From Owenia fusiformis (lineage: Eukaryota), in NCBI GenBank assembly GCA_903813345.2, contig CAIIXF020000001.1, positions 33,914,001-33,978,000 of the forward strand: 64,000 bases of DNA. The letters are read 5' to 3'. Under the pieces are notes generated by a model. That model saw only the letters and a program-made list of their open reading frames with translations, made no database searches and had not been told where the DNA came from. Shown piece by piece: positions 25,601-38,101 of this stretch (positions are counted from its first letter, which is position 1; every line of letters begins with the position of its first letter). Position numbers and translations under genes: made by a program.

Positions 25601-28600
25601 AATCAATATTTCAGAAAGATCAATCAGGCAATCGTCCAAAATCCAAATCAAGTTATAACATTATATGATATTCAGCAAGAAGTCCGGTAGAAATAAAGAA
25701 TATTTAAACATGAAAGCTGAAAGTTAAAAGCTAATCTGTCAATTTTCTGTCTGCAAAAGAACGTTTACATTTGACACAATAAAAGACCGAGGCTTTGAAA
25801 TCTAGGATTCCCCAGGAAAATATGACGTCATACTAATTAGCATAAGGATTTCCCTAGTGGTCTGGGTCGAGCATCGTCCGAAAACACAATCCGATAAATA
25901 CATGCTAATTTCTAAGGAGATGGGAAGTGTATGACGTGTTTATCGATTTTGTTTAACGATTTAATCAATTATCAAATTGTTTAAGTGGATAAAGTGGTCA
26001 CACTTGCTTCAATTCATAGTGTAATCGACGGATAGAAACTGCACCGAATTCCCGATATCCTACCCCGTATTATGTAGGCTATAACCACAGTGACCTGCAG
26101 ATGGCGCTATCACAAACAAGTACTGCACGAACCGATAAATTCCCGGGTATTGTAACGCCCTTGTTCTTAGTACCTAGTCTATATGATGAGTAATCATCTC
26201 TAAATTCTATCCGTTCCCATCTGAATGCCTATTCTATAAGAGAGCCCAAATCCATCTATATAGTGAAACGCCAATACTATTTTGTGGAAGGCAATTTACG
26301 CCCCCAACACCATATACTTACGTATTAATGTATATACTACTAAGAACACGGTGGTGAAAAATGGGGGTGGAGGTGGGATAATTTCATGCTGGAAACAGCT
26401 AAAACTAGCTAACTTCTTACCTCTAAGAGATTGTTCAAAACCTCTTACTATTCTCCGTAGAGTTTATTTTGCTTCGCAAAGAATTTCTCGTGGCTATCTA
26501 GGTCAGATCAGCCCGGAAGAGGAAGTCCCGGGATCGTAGGTCATGACACGCCCCTTAAAGTTTTCCTGGAAAAAATTCTACAACCCAAATCTAACAGGTT
26601 TTACGCTACGTCAAGGATTTGTACATTTTCCTGATTAGCTGGTGAGTAGAACGACCCCCTTTCAAGCCACATAAAATATTCTATTGTGCATAGAATTCAT
26701 TTATGTTTACCCAGAAAGGTGTTCTTTAACTTCTATTATGTGGCTTAAGGAGTCGCTCCTACTCATTCTATTTTTACAAAAGCTAAATATGCAATCAGAA
26801 AGGAACTTCAAGGTTCTTGTGAAAAATACCCAGTTATTGCGGATTGATGGCCCAGTTCATACGAAGTTAGGTATTTACGCTTAACTGCTTAGTTGTGGTG
26901 CTCAGCACCACATATTCATAAGATCATGTCTTTACCATCAACTTCGTATGTTGTGGCGCTTCGCACCACCTCTTCATATGAACATGGGTATTTACTCTAA
27001 ACTTCATGTTGTGGTGACTCAACCTAATTCTGAAATCCTCTGACTACCCAGCTTTACCCATTCTTAGCAAGGGAAAGATCAATACCCGGTGATTTCAGCG
27101 GGAAGTGGCGTTTCGTTCAGTGGATGAGCTGCGCGCGCACGCATAAATGTGATTATCAATATTATTAGGGGAGGGATATTCAAGCTTATTTTCGTCATAG
27201 GCACGACCCAGGGCTGTTGTCTTAAGGACATTTCGTTGAAAATTAGCCATTCGGCTGATAATTTGTAAGAGTTTGCGATCTTATAATGTATAACTGTTAT
27301 TCAGACACATATTTTGACACGATTCTGTTGGAATTAAAGATCTAATAGCAAAGGTTTTGCAAAAATAAATCAATGCAGTGTAAAACAAATGTATGTATAA
27401 TGAAGAAATAAATATTTAATGAAAAAAATAGATATGTGTTTGTAATATTGGTATAAACTTAAGATTAAAAAGTGTCACTATCTCTTTCATTTTTCAACAA
27501 ATATAGGCTCACGTGACATATGACGCGGGGCAGTCAATTTTGATCTATCGTAGACCATATCAGTATCAAACTGCCGATATTTCAACCTCGTCTTGCGAGG
27601 CCATTTTTATTTGAAACATCTTGAATTTGGTGTCAAAATAAAGCTGGTCACGCCCACTTTCAGAGTTATCAATGAATCATTTACTACGACTACTATATTC
27701 ATTTAGGAGGCGTGTAAAGTTAACCAATCAGAAAGACAATTGCTCCATATATGACAGTTCATTAACATATTCAGTGTTTACTATTGTTTTTCGCGTCATG
27801 ACAACACGAGTAGTAACCAATCAAAATGCCGTATTTTATCACGTGAGTTCAGAGTGACATGCACGACATGTAAGTTTAGTCTGAGCTGATCGCGATGTTG
27901 AACAATTTCTTCTCGGAATTTGTCCAGAGAAATCAGCGATTCTAAATTAAGGTAGGATCTCCCATTTCTTCCTGTACAAGTTTTAACTTATCTCTATCGA
28001 ATCCTAAAGTTTTGGATGAAGATATGAAGCATACGTTTAAAAACGAAGCGATTAATTTGACGATCTGATTTTGCAATTTGAAATGGCCAATTTACTGCAA
28101 GTCTGCGTGTATTTGACAAGAGATTGCGCCAAGTCTTGTAACCGAATGCTTGTTAAGCCACTCAAAAACAAGATCCATATTTTCTAAATTTGATAACTTT
28201 GCAGAGAGCCCGTTTTCATAACCTGTTTTCCGCGTCTAAATTCAAACTGAGTAGGATTATAGGATCGCTGGGATTCTCAGTCAATGGCAACGGGTCTTCA
28301 TTCCAGAACGCACATTTTTTTAGTTGATTCTCCGTCATAGTACTTGTCTTAAGTCCATATCTGCTCTTTTACTGGCATACTTGGACATATTTCCCCTCCT
28401 TAAATTGTCCTCCTTAAATAACACCCTCTCGCCGATTTATATAGGCCTATAGCCATTTCACAGAACCCGGGAGTCAGAATCGCTGATGTTTGCCATATTG
28501 AACATGTTGAAATATGTTACTTCGGTCCAAAGCCTTCTCTGTAAGCTGGAGACTCGAGTAAGAAATATGTACTGTAATACTAATATCTGTAATACTAGGC

Positions 28601-30687
28601 ATTGCCTGCTACGCGTAGGGGTCACGTGACTAGCGCGATACAGGAAAAATGGGGAATTTCGAAACAACAATTTTTGGGCACTTTTATTGCAAATTTCAGG
28701 TATTTATAAGTGTTTGTGGTATAAAATATAATCCACAGACATAAATGAACATCCAAACTACATATTTTATTACGTTTTGGAGCCTTTTTTGCTTTTAAAA
28801 TGACATCTTTAAGCTTTGAACCGAAAGATATTCACGATTGATATGCACATTTTGATTGTGCCATTGCTTTTCCATTGCACAATCCATGTATTGATAGAAG
28901 TAACAATAATGCAGATTGTTTTACCTTCAATACATGGCGGATTCACTACATATCGGTCTATTAAATACCATTTTGAGCCCTAAATAGTTTTATATTTCCA
29001 TCACGGCCTGGGTGTGTTTGTCTCTTATATGCGTGTGAATTGGTGGGGCTGGTAGGGCCACCAATCCCCTGGCCCCGCCCAGCCTTTATTCTACTTCCCA
29101 CTTATTATAATTTATGCTGTAACATTTAGTGACTTCGCTGGAAAACAATAGGAATTATTTTTCTTGCCAATCAATCGTGAATCACAATCAATATTTCAGA
29201 AAGATCAATCAGGCAATCGTCCAAAATCCAAATCAAGTTATAACATTATATGATATTCAGCAAGAAGTCCGGTAGAAATAAAGAATATTTAAACATGAAA
29301 GCTGAAAGTTAAAAGCTAATCTGTCAATTTTCTGTCTGCAAAAGAACGTTTACATTTGACACAATAAAAGACCGAGGCTTTGAAATCTAGGATTCCCCAG
29401 GAAAATATGACGTCATACTAATTAGCATAAGGATTTCCCTAGTGGTCTGGGTCGAGCATCGTCCGAAAACACAATCCGATAAATACATGCTAATTTCTAA
29501 GGAGATGGGAAGTGTATGACGTGTTTATCGATTTTGTTTAACGATTTAATCAATTATCAAATTGTTTAAGTGGATAAAGTGGTCACACTTGCTTCAATTC
29601 ATAGTGTAATCGACGGATAGAAACTGCACCGAATCCCCGATATCCTACCCCGTATTATGTAGGCTATAACCACAGTGACCTGCAGATGGCGCTATCACAA
29701 ACAAGTACTGCACGAACCGATAAATTCCCGGGTATTGTAACGCCCTTGTTCTTAGTACCTAGTCTATATGATGAGTAATCATCTCTAAATTCTATCCGTT
29801 CCCATCTGAATGCCTATTCTATAAGAGAGCCCAAATCCATCTATATAGTGAAACGCGAATACTATTTTGTGGAAGGCAATTTACGCCCCCAACACCATAT
29901 ACTTACGTATTAATGTATATACTACTAAGAACACGGTGGTGAAAAATGGGGGTGGAGGTGGGATAATTTCATGCTGGAAACAGCTAAAACTAGCTAACTT
30001 CTTACCTCTAAGAGATTGTTCAAAACCTCTTACTATTCTCCGTAGAGTTTATTTTGCTTCGCAAAGAATTTCTCGTGGCTATCTAGGTCAGATCAGCCCG
30101 GAAGAGGAAGTCCCGGGATCGTAGGTCATGACACGCCCCTTAAAGTTTTCCTGGAAAAAATTCTACAACCCAAATCTAACAGGTTTTACGCTACGTCAAG
30201 GATTTGTACATTTTCCTGATTAGCTGGTGAGTAGAACGACCCCCTTTCAAGCCACATAAAATATTCTATTGTGCATAGAATTCATTTATGTTTACCCAGA
30301 AAGGTGTTCTTTAACTTCTATTATGTGGCTTAAGGAGTCGCTCCTACTCATTCTATTTTTACAAAAGCTAAATATGCAATCAGAAAGGAACTTCAAGGTT
30401 CTTGTGAAAAATACCCAGTAGGTATTTACGCTTAACTGCTTAGTTGTGGTGCTCAGCACCACATATTCATAAGATCATGTCTTTACCATCAACTTCGTAT
30501 GTTGTGGCGCTTCGCACCACCTCTTCATATGAACATGGGTATTTACTCTAAACTTCATGTTGTGGTGACTCAACCTAATTCTGAAATCCTCTGACTACCC
30601 AGCTTTACCCATTCTTAGTACCTAGTCTATATGATGAGTCATCATCTCTAAATTCTATCCGTTCCCATCTGAATGCCTATTCTATAA

Positions 30688-33600
30688 CTATATACCCTCA
30701 TCCCATTTTAACCATTTTACTCATGGTCACAACCCTGATTTTCATGTACAAGATGAACTTTGGATTAGAACTCATATTTGCATCCATCTTAGGATTTTTC
30801 CTAATCACATACTCGATAGTAACTATTGTTTTACTACCACTAGTTTGTTTATACATAATTAAACTCCAAGTGAAGTCACCTTTTAGCCCCTATACCACCA
30901 TATTATTTCTAAAACTGCTGCTAAGCTCCTTAGTTATACCAGGGCTACTGACCCTTACATTTACACCAAACGTGACATCAATTCTTCTTCTAATGTCAGG
31001 AGATGTGCATCCTAATCCAGGCCAAAATGAAAAACTAACACTTCTGCTTTCAAATATAAATAGTATAACTGCAAATGAAGGTGCAAGGTTTGAATTATTG
31101 AAGCGACGAGCAAGGGAAATTAATCCAGCTGTAATCAGCCTCTGTGAGACTGGTATTTCTAAACTCAAAATGGAATCCGGAGACTTTGACATCGAGGACT
31201 ATAATTCTATTTATAATGAATCAGGTAGAGGTTTAATTATGTATATACACAAAACTTTGGCATCTAAACCATTACACCTAGACTTTTATGTTAAAGGTAC
31301 TGAAATACTTTTTTCTGAAATTAAGATACAGCAGAAAAGACTACTGCTAGGTGTATGTTATAGATCACCCAGCCTTAATGCTAAAGAAACAAAAGAATAT
31401 TTCTCATTATTTAAGCAACAATTATCCAAAATTGAAAATTCTGTTCCAAAATTTGACCATGTAGTCATGATGGGAGATTTAAATGCCAAAGATTCTGAAT
31501 GGTTTGACAACCAGGATGACAACTTAGCAGGAAAAATATTACTTGATTACCTTGATGAATATAATTATACCCAATTAGTGACCCAACCAACAAGAATCAC
31601 TAAACAGTCTAAAACCTGCATTGACCATATAATAACTGATTCTCCTGATATCTTTGACTCCTGGGAAGTAACTGACCCAATCGGTAAATCTGATCATTGT
31701 ACTATTTCCTCTAATATAAATACCATAACACACAAAATCTAGCCAATCAAAAGGACAATCTGGAAATATAATGAAACCAATATTGAACAATTAAACTCTG
31801 AAATCAGAAACTTTAACTGGATGACTATCATAGATGGTGACCTAGATATGAATACAGTAACCACAAATTTTGTTGATAAACTAATGTCCATTTACAAAAA
31901 ACACATACCTCATAAAATCATCAAACCTAAATACAATGACCAACCCTGGTTTAATAACTTTCTTCAATTGGAAATGAAAAAGAAAAAAAAGCTCTTCAAT
32001 TCAATGAAAAAACATCCTACTTATCAAAATAAAATACTTTATGATCAGCAAGCAACAAAAGTTACAAATTTAATTAAAAAAACCAAACTTGACCATGACC
32101 AACATCTAATCAAATCTATTGATAATATGACCAAGAATGATAAGAATTACTGGAAAATTATTAGATCTTTCCTTGGAAACAATTTTAAGAAATCAGAAAT
32201 AGCATGCATTATAGATGACAGAACTGGTATCCCAATTAATAAAAACCTGGACATAGCCAATTCTTTTATGAAATATTTTTCTGGTAAAAATCACATGGAG
32301 ATCAACAACAACGACACACTACCAAACTTTCCATCGAGAACAAATTCCTTCATTATATCTGCAATTACCAACCAACATGAGATAATGAAACTTATACTTA
32401 ACCTAGATACTTCAAAAACATGCGGTCCTGATAACATTACGAATAAAATGTTAAACTTAACAGCCCATACACTTTCAAAACCACTCTCTAAATTATTCAA
32501 TAAGCTTTTGACAAAAAATATTTTCCCGGAAACATGGAAAATTGGTAGTGTCTGTCCAATTTTTAAAAAAGATGATAAGACAAATATAAAAAATTATAGA
32601 CCAATTATGCTCCTAAATACCCTATCAAAGCTCTTTGAAAAAGTTCTTGCTGATCGAATTAAAAAACATCTTATACAAAATGATTTACTTTTTAAACATC
32701 AATCTGGTTTCCTGCCTGGCCACAGTACACACTCTCAACTTTTAGCTATTGAGCACTACCTGCAATGCACTTTCGAGGAAGGCAAAGCCTCTAAATCAAT
32801 ATTCCTTGATATTTCGGCCGCTTTTGATTGCGTACCACATAATCTTCTATTGCTTAAACTTATATCTTACGGTATCCAAGGCCAACTGCTCAATGTACTC
32901 AAATCCTATCTGAATGACAGAAAATTCTTTGTTAATGTAGGTGGCGAATCTTCAAAACTTTCTGATACTAATTTTATTAACTGTGGCGTCCCACAGGGGT
33001 CTATTCTAGGGCCTATTCTATTTATCTTGTACATTAATGATATTCCTGACAACCTGGGTGGCCAGTGCTACATCTATGCTGATGATACCTCTTTACATTT
33101 TAAACTTGATCCAAAAGACCCCACTAATGTTGATGATTCTGTTAAGTCAAGCCTAGAAAGCATTGAACAATGGTCAACTACTTGGAAACTACAGTTTAAA
33201 CCAGAAAAAAGTCATGAACTGATATTTCATAAACCTAGAACACGTATTAATGATATCAGTACATCTAATCTTAATAATATGGAAATAGTTAGAGGTGATT
33301 CCCATAAACACCTCGGTTTCACGTTTGATCCCTGCTTAACACACAAGCACCATATAAGTAACATCTATGATAACGTAACAAAAATGTTGAATCCATTTAA
33401 AAAACTCAAAAACAAAATAGGATCTAGTCATTTGGAGACAATCTTCAACTCCTTCATATTGCCCCATTTTGATTATGGTACCATCATTTACAATAGTTCT
33501 TCCAAATATCTACTTCAAAGGCTCGACAGATTATATTATAAAGCTGCTATCTACTGCTCAGGTTGTATTCACGGGAGCAGCACAGATAAAGTACTAACGC

Positions 33601-34497
33601 TACTTCAATGGCCATCTCTTGACACTAGAAGAAAAATGTTTATAAACAACTTTATGTACAAAATAGTACATGGTCCTAACCCTAAATTTCTTGATGACAT
33701 ATTTGATAAGTTCAAAAAAACAGAAACTCGAAACTTGCGTAACACTGATGAGTTCATTATTCCAAAATGCTCTGAACGGTACAGAAATTCAGCGGTACCC
33801 TCTGCAATCTCCAACTGGTTAGCCCTGCCAAATACATTAAAGAGTAAAGCTACTATCCAGAATTTCAAGAAACATCAAAAACTGCTTTTCAAAAATCCAA
33901 TAAATGTCATCACAACCAGCAAACTGAACCTCACAAGGAGCCATGAGATAATAGTAAATAAATTCAGGGCCGACTTTTTATTTAAGGCCCAACTATATGC
34001 TCATAACTTTAGCAATATTGACAACCCTAACTGTTCATGTGGACATCCACAAACAGTTAAACACTTCTTTTTCCACTGTGCTCATTTGACACATGCCAGG
34101 GATGAATTTAATCAATACCTGAAAAACCTGATCCCTGAAATTTTTGACAGGCAAATCTCTCAGCATAAATATCTTGAAGTTCTGAAATATGGCTCAACTG
34201 AAATCACTATCGAACTTAATTCGAAAATGATGACCAGGCTAGCTTCCTTTATAAAAGCCAATATATGATTTTCCCTCCTTAAACATCTTTTATCTCCAGT
34301 AACTGTTTCCCCCGCCAAGCACCCCCCCACACACACAACCCCAAAACTACTGTTAACATTGCTCCTTATATTATATTTCATTAAGTTCCATCAATTCTTC
34401 TATAATGCCATGCATGTATTTGGCGATTGAAGATTTTGTAAATGTTATGTAATGAATGAGGATGATTAATAAATAAATAAAAAAATAAAATAAAAAA
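30688..34497 (+). mobile_element. Near-intact non-LTR retrotransposon (CR1/L2 group, APE-RT)
   Basis: 16-bp TSD AATGCCTATTCTATAA (30672-30687, 34498-34513), (TAAA)n/A tail, and empty sites in the other two tandem copies. Confidence 0.92.
30723..34268 (+). pseudogene. LINE ORF2: hydrophobic leader, 2A-like motif, AP endonuclease, reverse transcriptase and C-terminal Cys/His finger; one in-frame TAG at 31740-31742
   Basis: APE motifs SNINS, LCET, YRSP, GDLN, CIDHI, SDH. RT motifs NYRPIMLL, FLDISAAFD, GVPQGSILGP, YADD, KHLG. C-terminal CSCGH...HFFFHC. The two listed ORFs are in the same frame (offset 1098). Confidence 0.92.
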
Positions 34498-34818
34498 AAT
34501 GCCTATTCTATAAGAGAGCCCAAATCCATCTATATAGTGAAACGCCAATACTATTTTGTGGAAGGCAATTTACGCCACAACTTTAAAACATGACATAAGC
34601 TGATTATGGTTTAAAGTGCCGCCACAATATGTATATTAGGAAATTAAGCAACGTCTAAAGCAGCGGTTGGCAGTTAATGCTGAAGTATTTATTTCAGTAT
34701 TTGAATAACTAATAACAATTGAAGCAATTAACATTAACAAAAAACCCGGCAGGGAATTGGTTGCCCTCCAAGGAAGGTGGTGTCTCCGGCCAATCCCTAC
34801 TCTTTGTCACTACATGTA

Positions 34819-35692
34819 CACTCCCCTCCATAAGTTTGGCAACCTTTTTTCCTCATTGAACTACGTGTTAAAGCCTCTTACCTTTGAATTTTTATTTACT
34901 TAACCTGCGATGAAAATACTTATACTATTGATGGAAACGTAATTTGACTTTAATTCCAATACCTCCAAATTTTCTCAATTTTTTTCCTCAATTACAATAG
35001 GTCGAGAATTGATGATGAATTTGATGAATTTTTGAAAATCGACATTCCCATGTTAACCAATGGGAAATGGTAGGTTTGCCGCAAGTCATGTGACAGAATA
35101 TCCATCCATCCGAGTCCTTGCAAAAAATACGAGTTAGGCAGGCAATTGAATTTGCTAACTTTATTTAACAAAAGATTGATATGTTTCTTCATGTTCAACA
35201 AAGTTATAGGGCTTTTAAGTCAAAGTTGTTTTTCAAAAAAACTCTCCCATTGAAATAACACAGGGGGCGAAAAATTATTTTCAAAAATGACTTTGAAGCG
35301 CTGTAACTTTTATATTCATCAAATAAACTAAACACTTAATGTTTTAAAAAGTTAGACAATTCAATTTTCTATATAAAAATATTTTTTGCTGAATATTTTA
35401 CTGAAAAGATTTTCTGATTTCTGATTTTCCCCGAACCCTCCATTTCCCATTGGATTACATGGGAATGACGATTTTCAAAAGTTCATCAAATTTATCATCA
35501 ATTTTTGACCTATTGTAATTGAGGAAAAAAATTGAGAAAATTTGGAGGTATTGGAAATAAGGTCAAGTTACGTTTCCATCAATATTATAAGTTATTTCAT
35601 CGCCGGTTAAGTAAATAAAAAGTCAAAGGTAAGGAGGCTTTAACACGTAGTTCAATGGGGAAAAAAGGTTGCCAAACTTATGGAGGGGAGTG
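34819..35692. mobile_element. 874-bp Tc1/mariner-type MITE inserted downstream of the YR gene
   Basis: TIR CACTCCCCTCCATAAGTTTGGCAACC with ~240-bp arms and TA TSD; same family at 44020, 50517 and 58849. Confidence 0.9.
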
Positions 35693-35731
35693 TATTACAT
35701 GTAAGTATCAGAAAATTGGATTGTTATAAAC

Positions 35732-36580
35732 TTAACGGAGGTACTTTAAAAATGCCGTGGAATTCCATCTTCCCATCTTCATCAGTTGCAAGTCCGAAAA
35801 TCCTGATTTTGCATAAAAGGTGGCACCACCAATCCTAAATGAATGTGTTGTTCAATCACTGGGATCATGTCCCGCGAGTTGCACAGCTTCTTTCAGGATT
35901 TTTCGGAGCATGCCCTGATGAATCGGGTCCCCTTTAAATACGAATAACGCCCCGTCACTCCATCCTCTGATTTTGATATATTCTCTCATAAGACGCACTG
36001 GGCATATGTCCTTGTTTTTCTGTTTTTCAATTAGTACGTTACATGCTTGCTGGCTATGTTTGAAGGAGTCAAAATGGAGGACCAATGATTCATTTGACAA
36101 TTTCTTGAAACTATTGATCTTTAAACAGTGTGGCCCGGGGCCACAAATTTCACTTATTCTAAGCATGCCAAAGAAAGCTACTGAAAACACAGCTTTAAAC
36201 AGTAGCGTGAGGGAGTTATTTTCCATGATCTGTTTTACAACAACTAATTTTTTCAATATTGAGCTAAGCATGGATGGAGTGATAGGCGTTCGTTTATCAA
36301 CTTTTCCTTTCATTTTTTGAAGACCCTTCAAACCTTGTTTTATCGAAAAATGGGTTGATGGGTCTGGTTTATTGTTCATTTTGTGGTAATACCCAATGGC
36401 TGAGCAAAATGTGCGTATGGACGAAGCTGCATAGCCTTCTATATGTAGCTTGCTGATGAATAGTTTCATGTGCTCTTGGCTAAGAGGAAAAATTGGTATA
36501 TGGAACTGTTTTCCGAAAGTAATTAATTTTTTCCACGTTCTTTCATAAAGGTCCCGTGTCCCTTGCGACTGAGCGCTTTC
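35732..36580 (-). pseudogene. Tyrosine recombinase of the retroelement, in-frame TGA at 35852-35854
   Basis: FFGMLRISE (catalytic R) and FKHSQ; after the TGA the same frame gives THSFRIGGAT...MGRWNSTAFLKYLR* (HxxR, W, Y). 5' boundary approximate. Confidence 0.9.
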
Positions 36581-36582
36581 AA

Positions 36583-38101
36583 TTAGGAAATTAAAAATAT
36601 GTTTAAGTTCTGAGGTAGAAGATGTTTTGGTATTTCCTGAGGTAGTTTCTTTGCTGTGGGGTGTAGCTTTCTGAACTTCTGGAACAGATTACGCGAAATA
36701 GCATCAGCTACATCGTTCTCAACACCAGGCAAGTGAATTGCCTTGAGTAAAATGTTGTGTTGCAGACATTGTAACATTAGCTCTCTCAATAAAGTCATTA
36801 GTTTTCTGTCCCGAGATACCCCTTTGTTAATTATGGCGCACACTGCCTCATTATCAGATCTAATTGTAATGGATTTATGGGAAAATGCCTTTTCCCAAGT
36901 GAACATCGCCACCATTATTGGGTATAGCTCCAATAGGGCTATGTTTTCCGCTTTCCAGCTGTCAGGCCATTCCCCATAAATCCACTCATTTCCAAAAACT
37001 CCCCCGAAGCCAACCCCTTGAGATGCATCAGTGGTTAAAGTATGGTTTTTCCCATTCTTGATCAAGAAAGAAAGATCTCTCATTGAAATTTTGAATGAAG
37101 CCATCCCAGATGGACAGGTCTATTTTGACTTCTGGCGTAAGCCTAATGTGCCAATGCTGTTCTTTAACTTGCATAGTCAAATTGATCATACGTCTGAGGA
37201 AGGTATTACCAAATGGAACTATGATCGTACAATACTGCAAGAAACCAATCAGACTTTGAAGCTCACGTTTGGTGCACTTTTCCCGTTTTTTGTATTTCTT
37301 TACTAGGTTCCGCGCCTTCAAAACTTCAGGTGCCAGTGGTATACCCACTTCATTACAGAAAGATTGGAATCTTTGCAGACTGTACACACATTTTTCCAGC
37401 GTATCCTCGAGGATTAAAAAATCGTCGAGAATATGTAGCATATTGGTTACCCCAAGCTTATTTAATGCTACCCAGTTTATTGCTGTGCTGAAATTTTCGA
37501 AGTATTTGCAAGAAATAGATAATCCCATTGGCAGAGTCCTGGATACGTAGTACTGATCTTGGAATTTAAAGCCTAAAAGATGTTGGTCATTTGGGTGAAT
37601 TGGAACTATATCAAATGCTGACTTGATGTCTGTTTTAGCCAAAAACAGGGGTTTTTCAGAAGACTTTATAATTTCCACCGCATCATGAACCGTGTGGTAT
37701 TGGACTGTAGATAGATGTTTTTCAATGCCTTCGTTTATTGAATGGCCTTTTGGAGCAGATAGATGCTGGATTTTTCTGAATTTTCCGGGGACTTTTTTGG
37801 GAACCAAACCGATTGGAGATATAAATAAATCATTTGGTTTTTGTAAGAAGGGACCCGCTACTTTGCCCGCTTTGATATCCTGATGGATTTTTTGTTCCAA
37901 TTCAAATGATTGTAATTTAGCAGATTTTAAATTTTTGGGTTCAATTTCGGGCACATTACCCTCAAATGGAATCCTGAACCCTAAAGTAAAACCCTGAATG
38001 ATATCTTCCGCTAATTCCATATTGTATCCCTTTAAATACGGTTTTAGTTGTTCGATTTTTACTGGGGTGACTATCGTTTCTAAATCTGTGCTTTTAGGCA
38101 T
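36583..38101 (-). pseudogene. Reverse transcriptase-RNase H (pol), frameshift at ~37045 and in-frame deletion in RT
   Basis: IVTPVK, SPIGLVPKK, FRKIQHLS, DIKSAF, LPMGLSIS, HILDDFL. RNase H motifs TDASQGVGFG, IALLELYPI, SDNEAV and HLPGVENDVADAISR are in another frame. First ATG at 38101. Confidence 0.9.

Larger units (their letters stand above)
23116..34576 (+). repeat. Tandem duplication of a ~3585-bp non-coding unit: copy 1 ~23116-26699, copy 2 ~26700-30284, copy 3 internally deleted and interrupted by a LINE
   Basis: Near-identical sequence at offset 3584-3585 (e.g. 24087/27672, 26282/29867). Copy 3 jumps at ~30618 to unit position ~26170 and resumes after the LINE at 34498-34576. Confidence 0.95.

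Noticed and set aside
24087..30124. Duplicated short ORFs in the 3.585-kb unit
   Set aside because: Identity reflects the recent duplication; no domains recognised, and the 24852/28458 pair already differs by a stop.
34740..34800. HDV-like ribozyme on the minus strand (CCU-UCCUUGG-AGG resembles P3/L3)
   Set aside because: No proper P1, P1.1 GG, P2 partner or J4/2 catalytic C, and the other two motif copies do not keep this loop.
35852..35854. Selenocysteine or programmed readthrough at the YR TGA
   Set aside because: No SECIS-like motif identified, and the element has several other disabling lesions.
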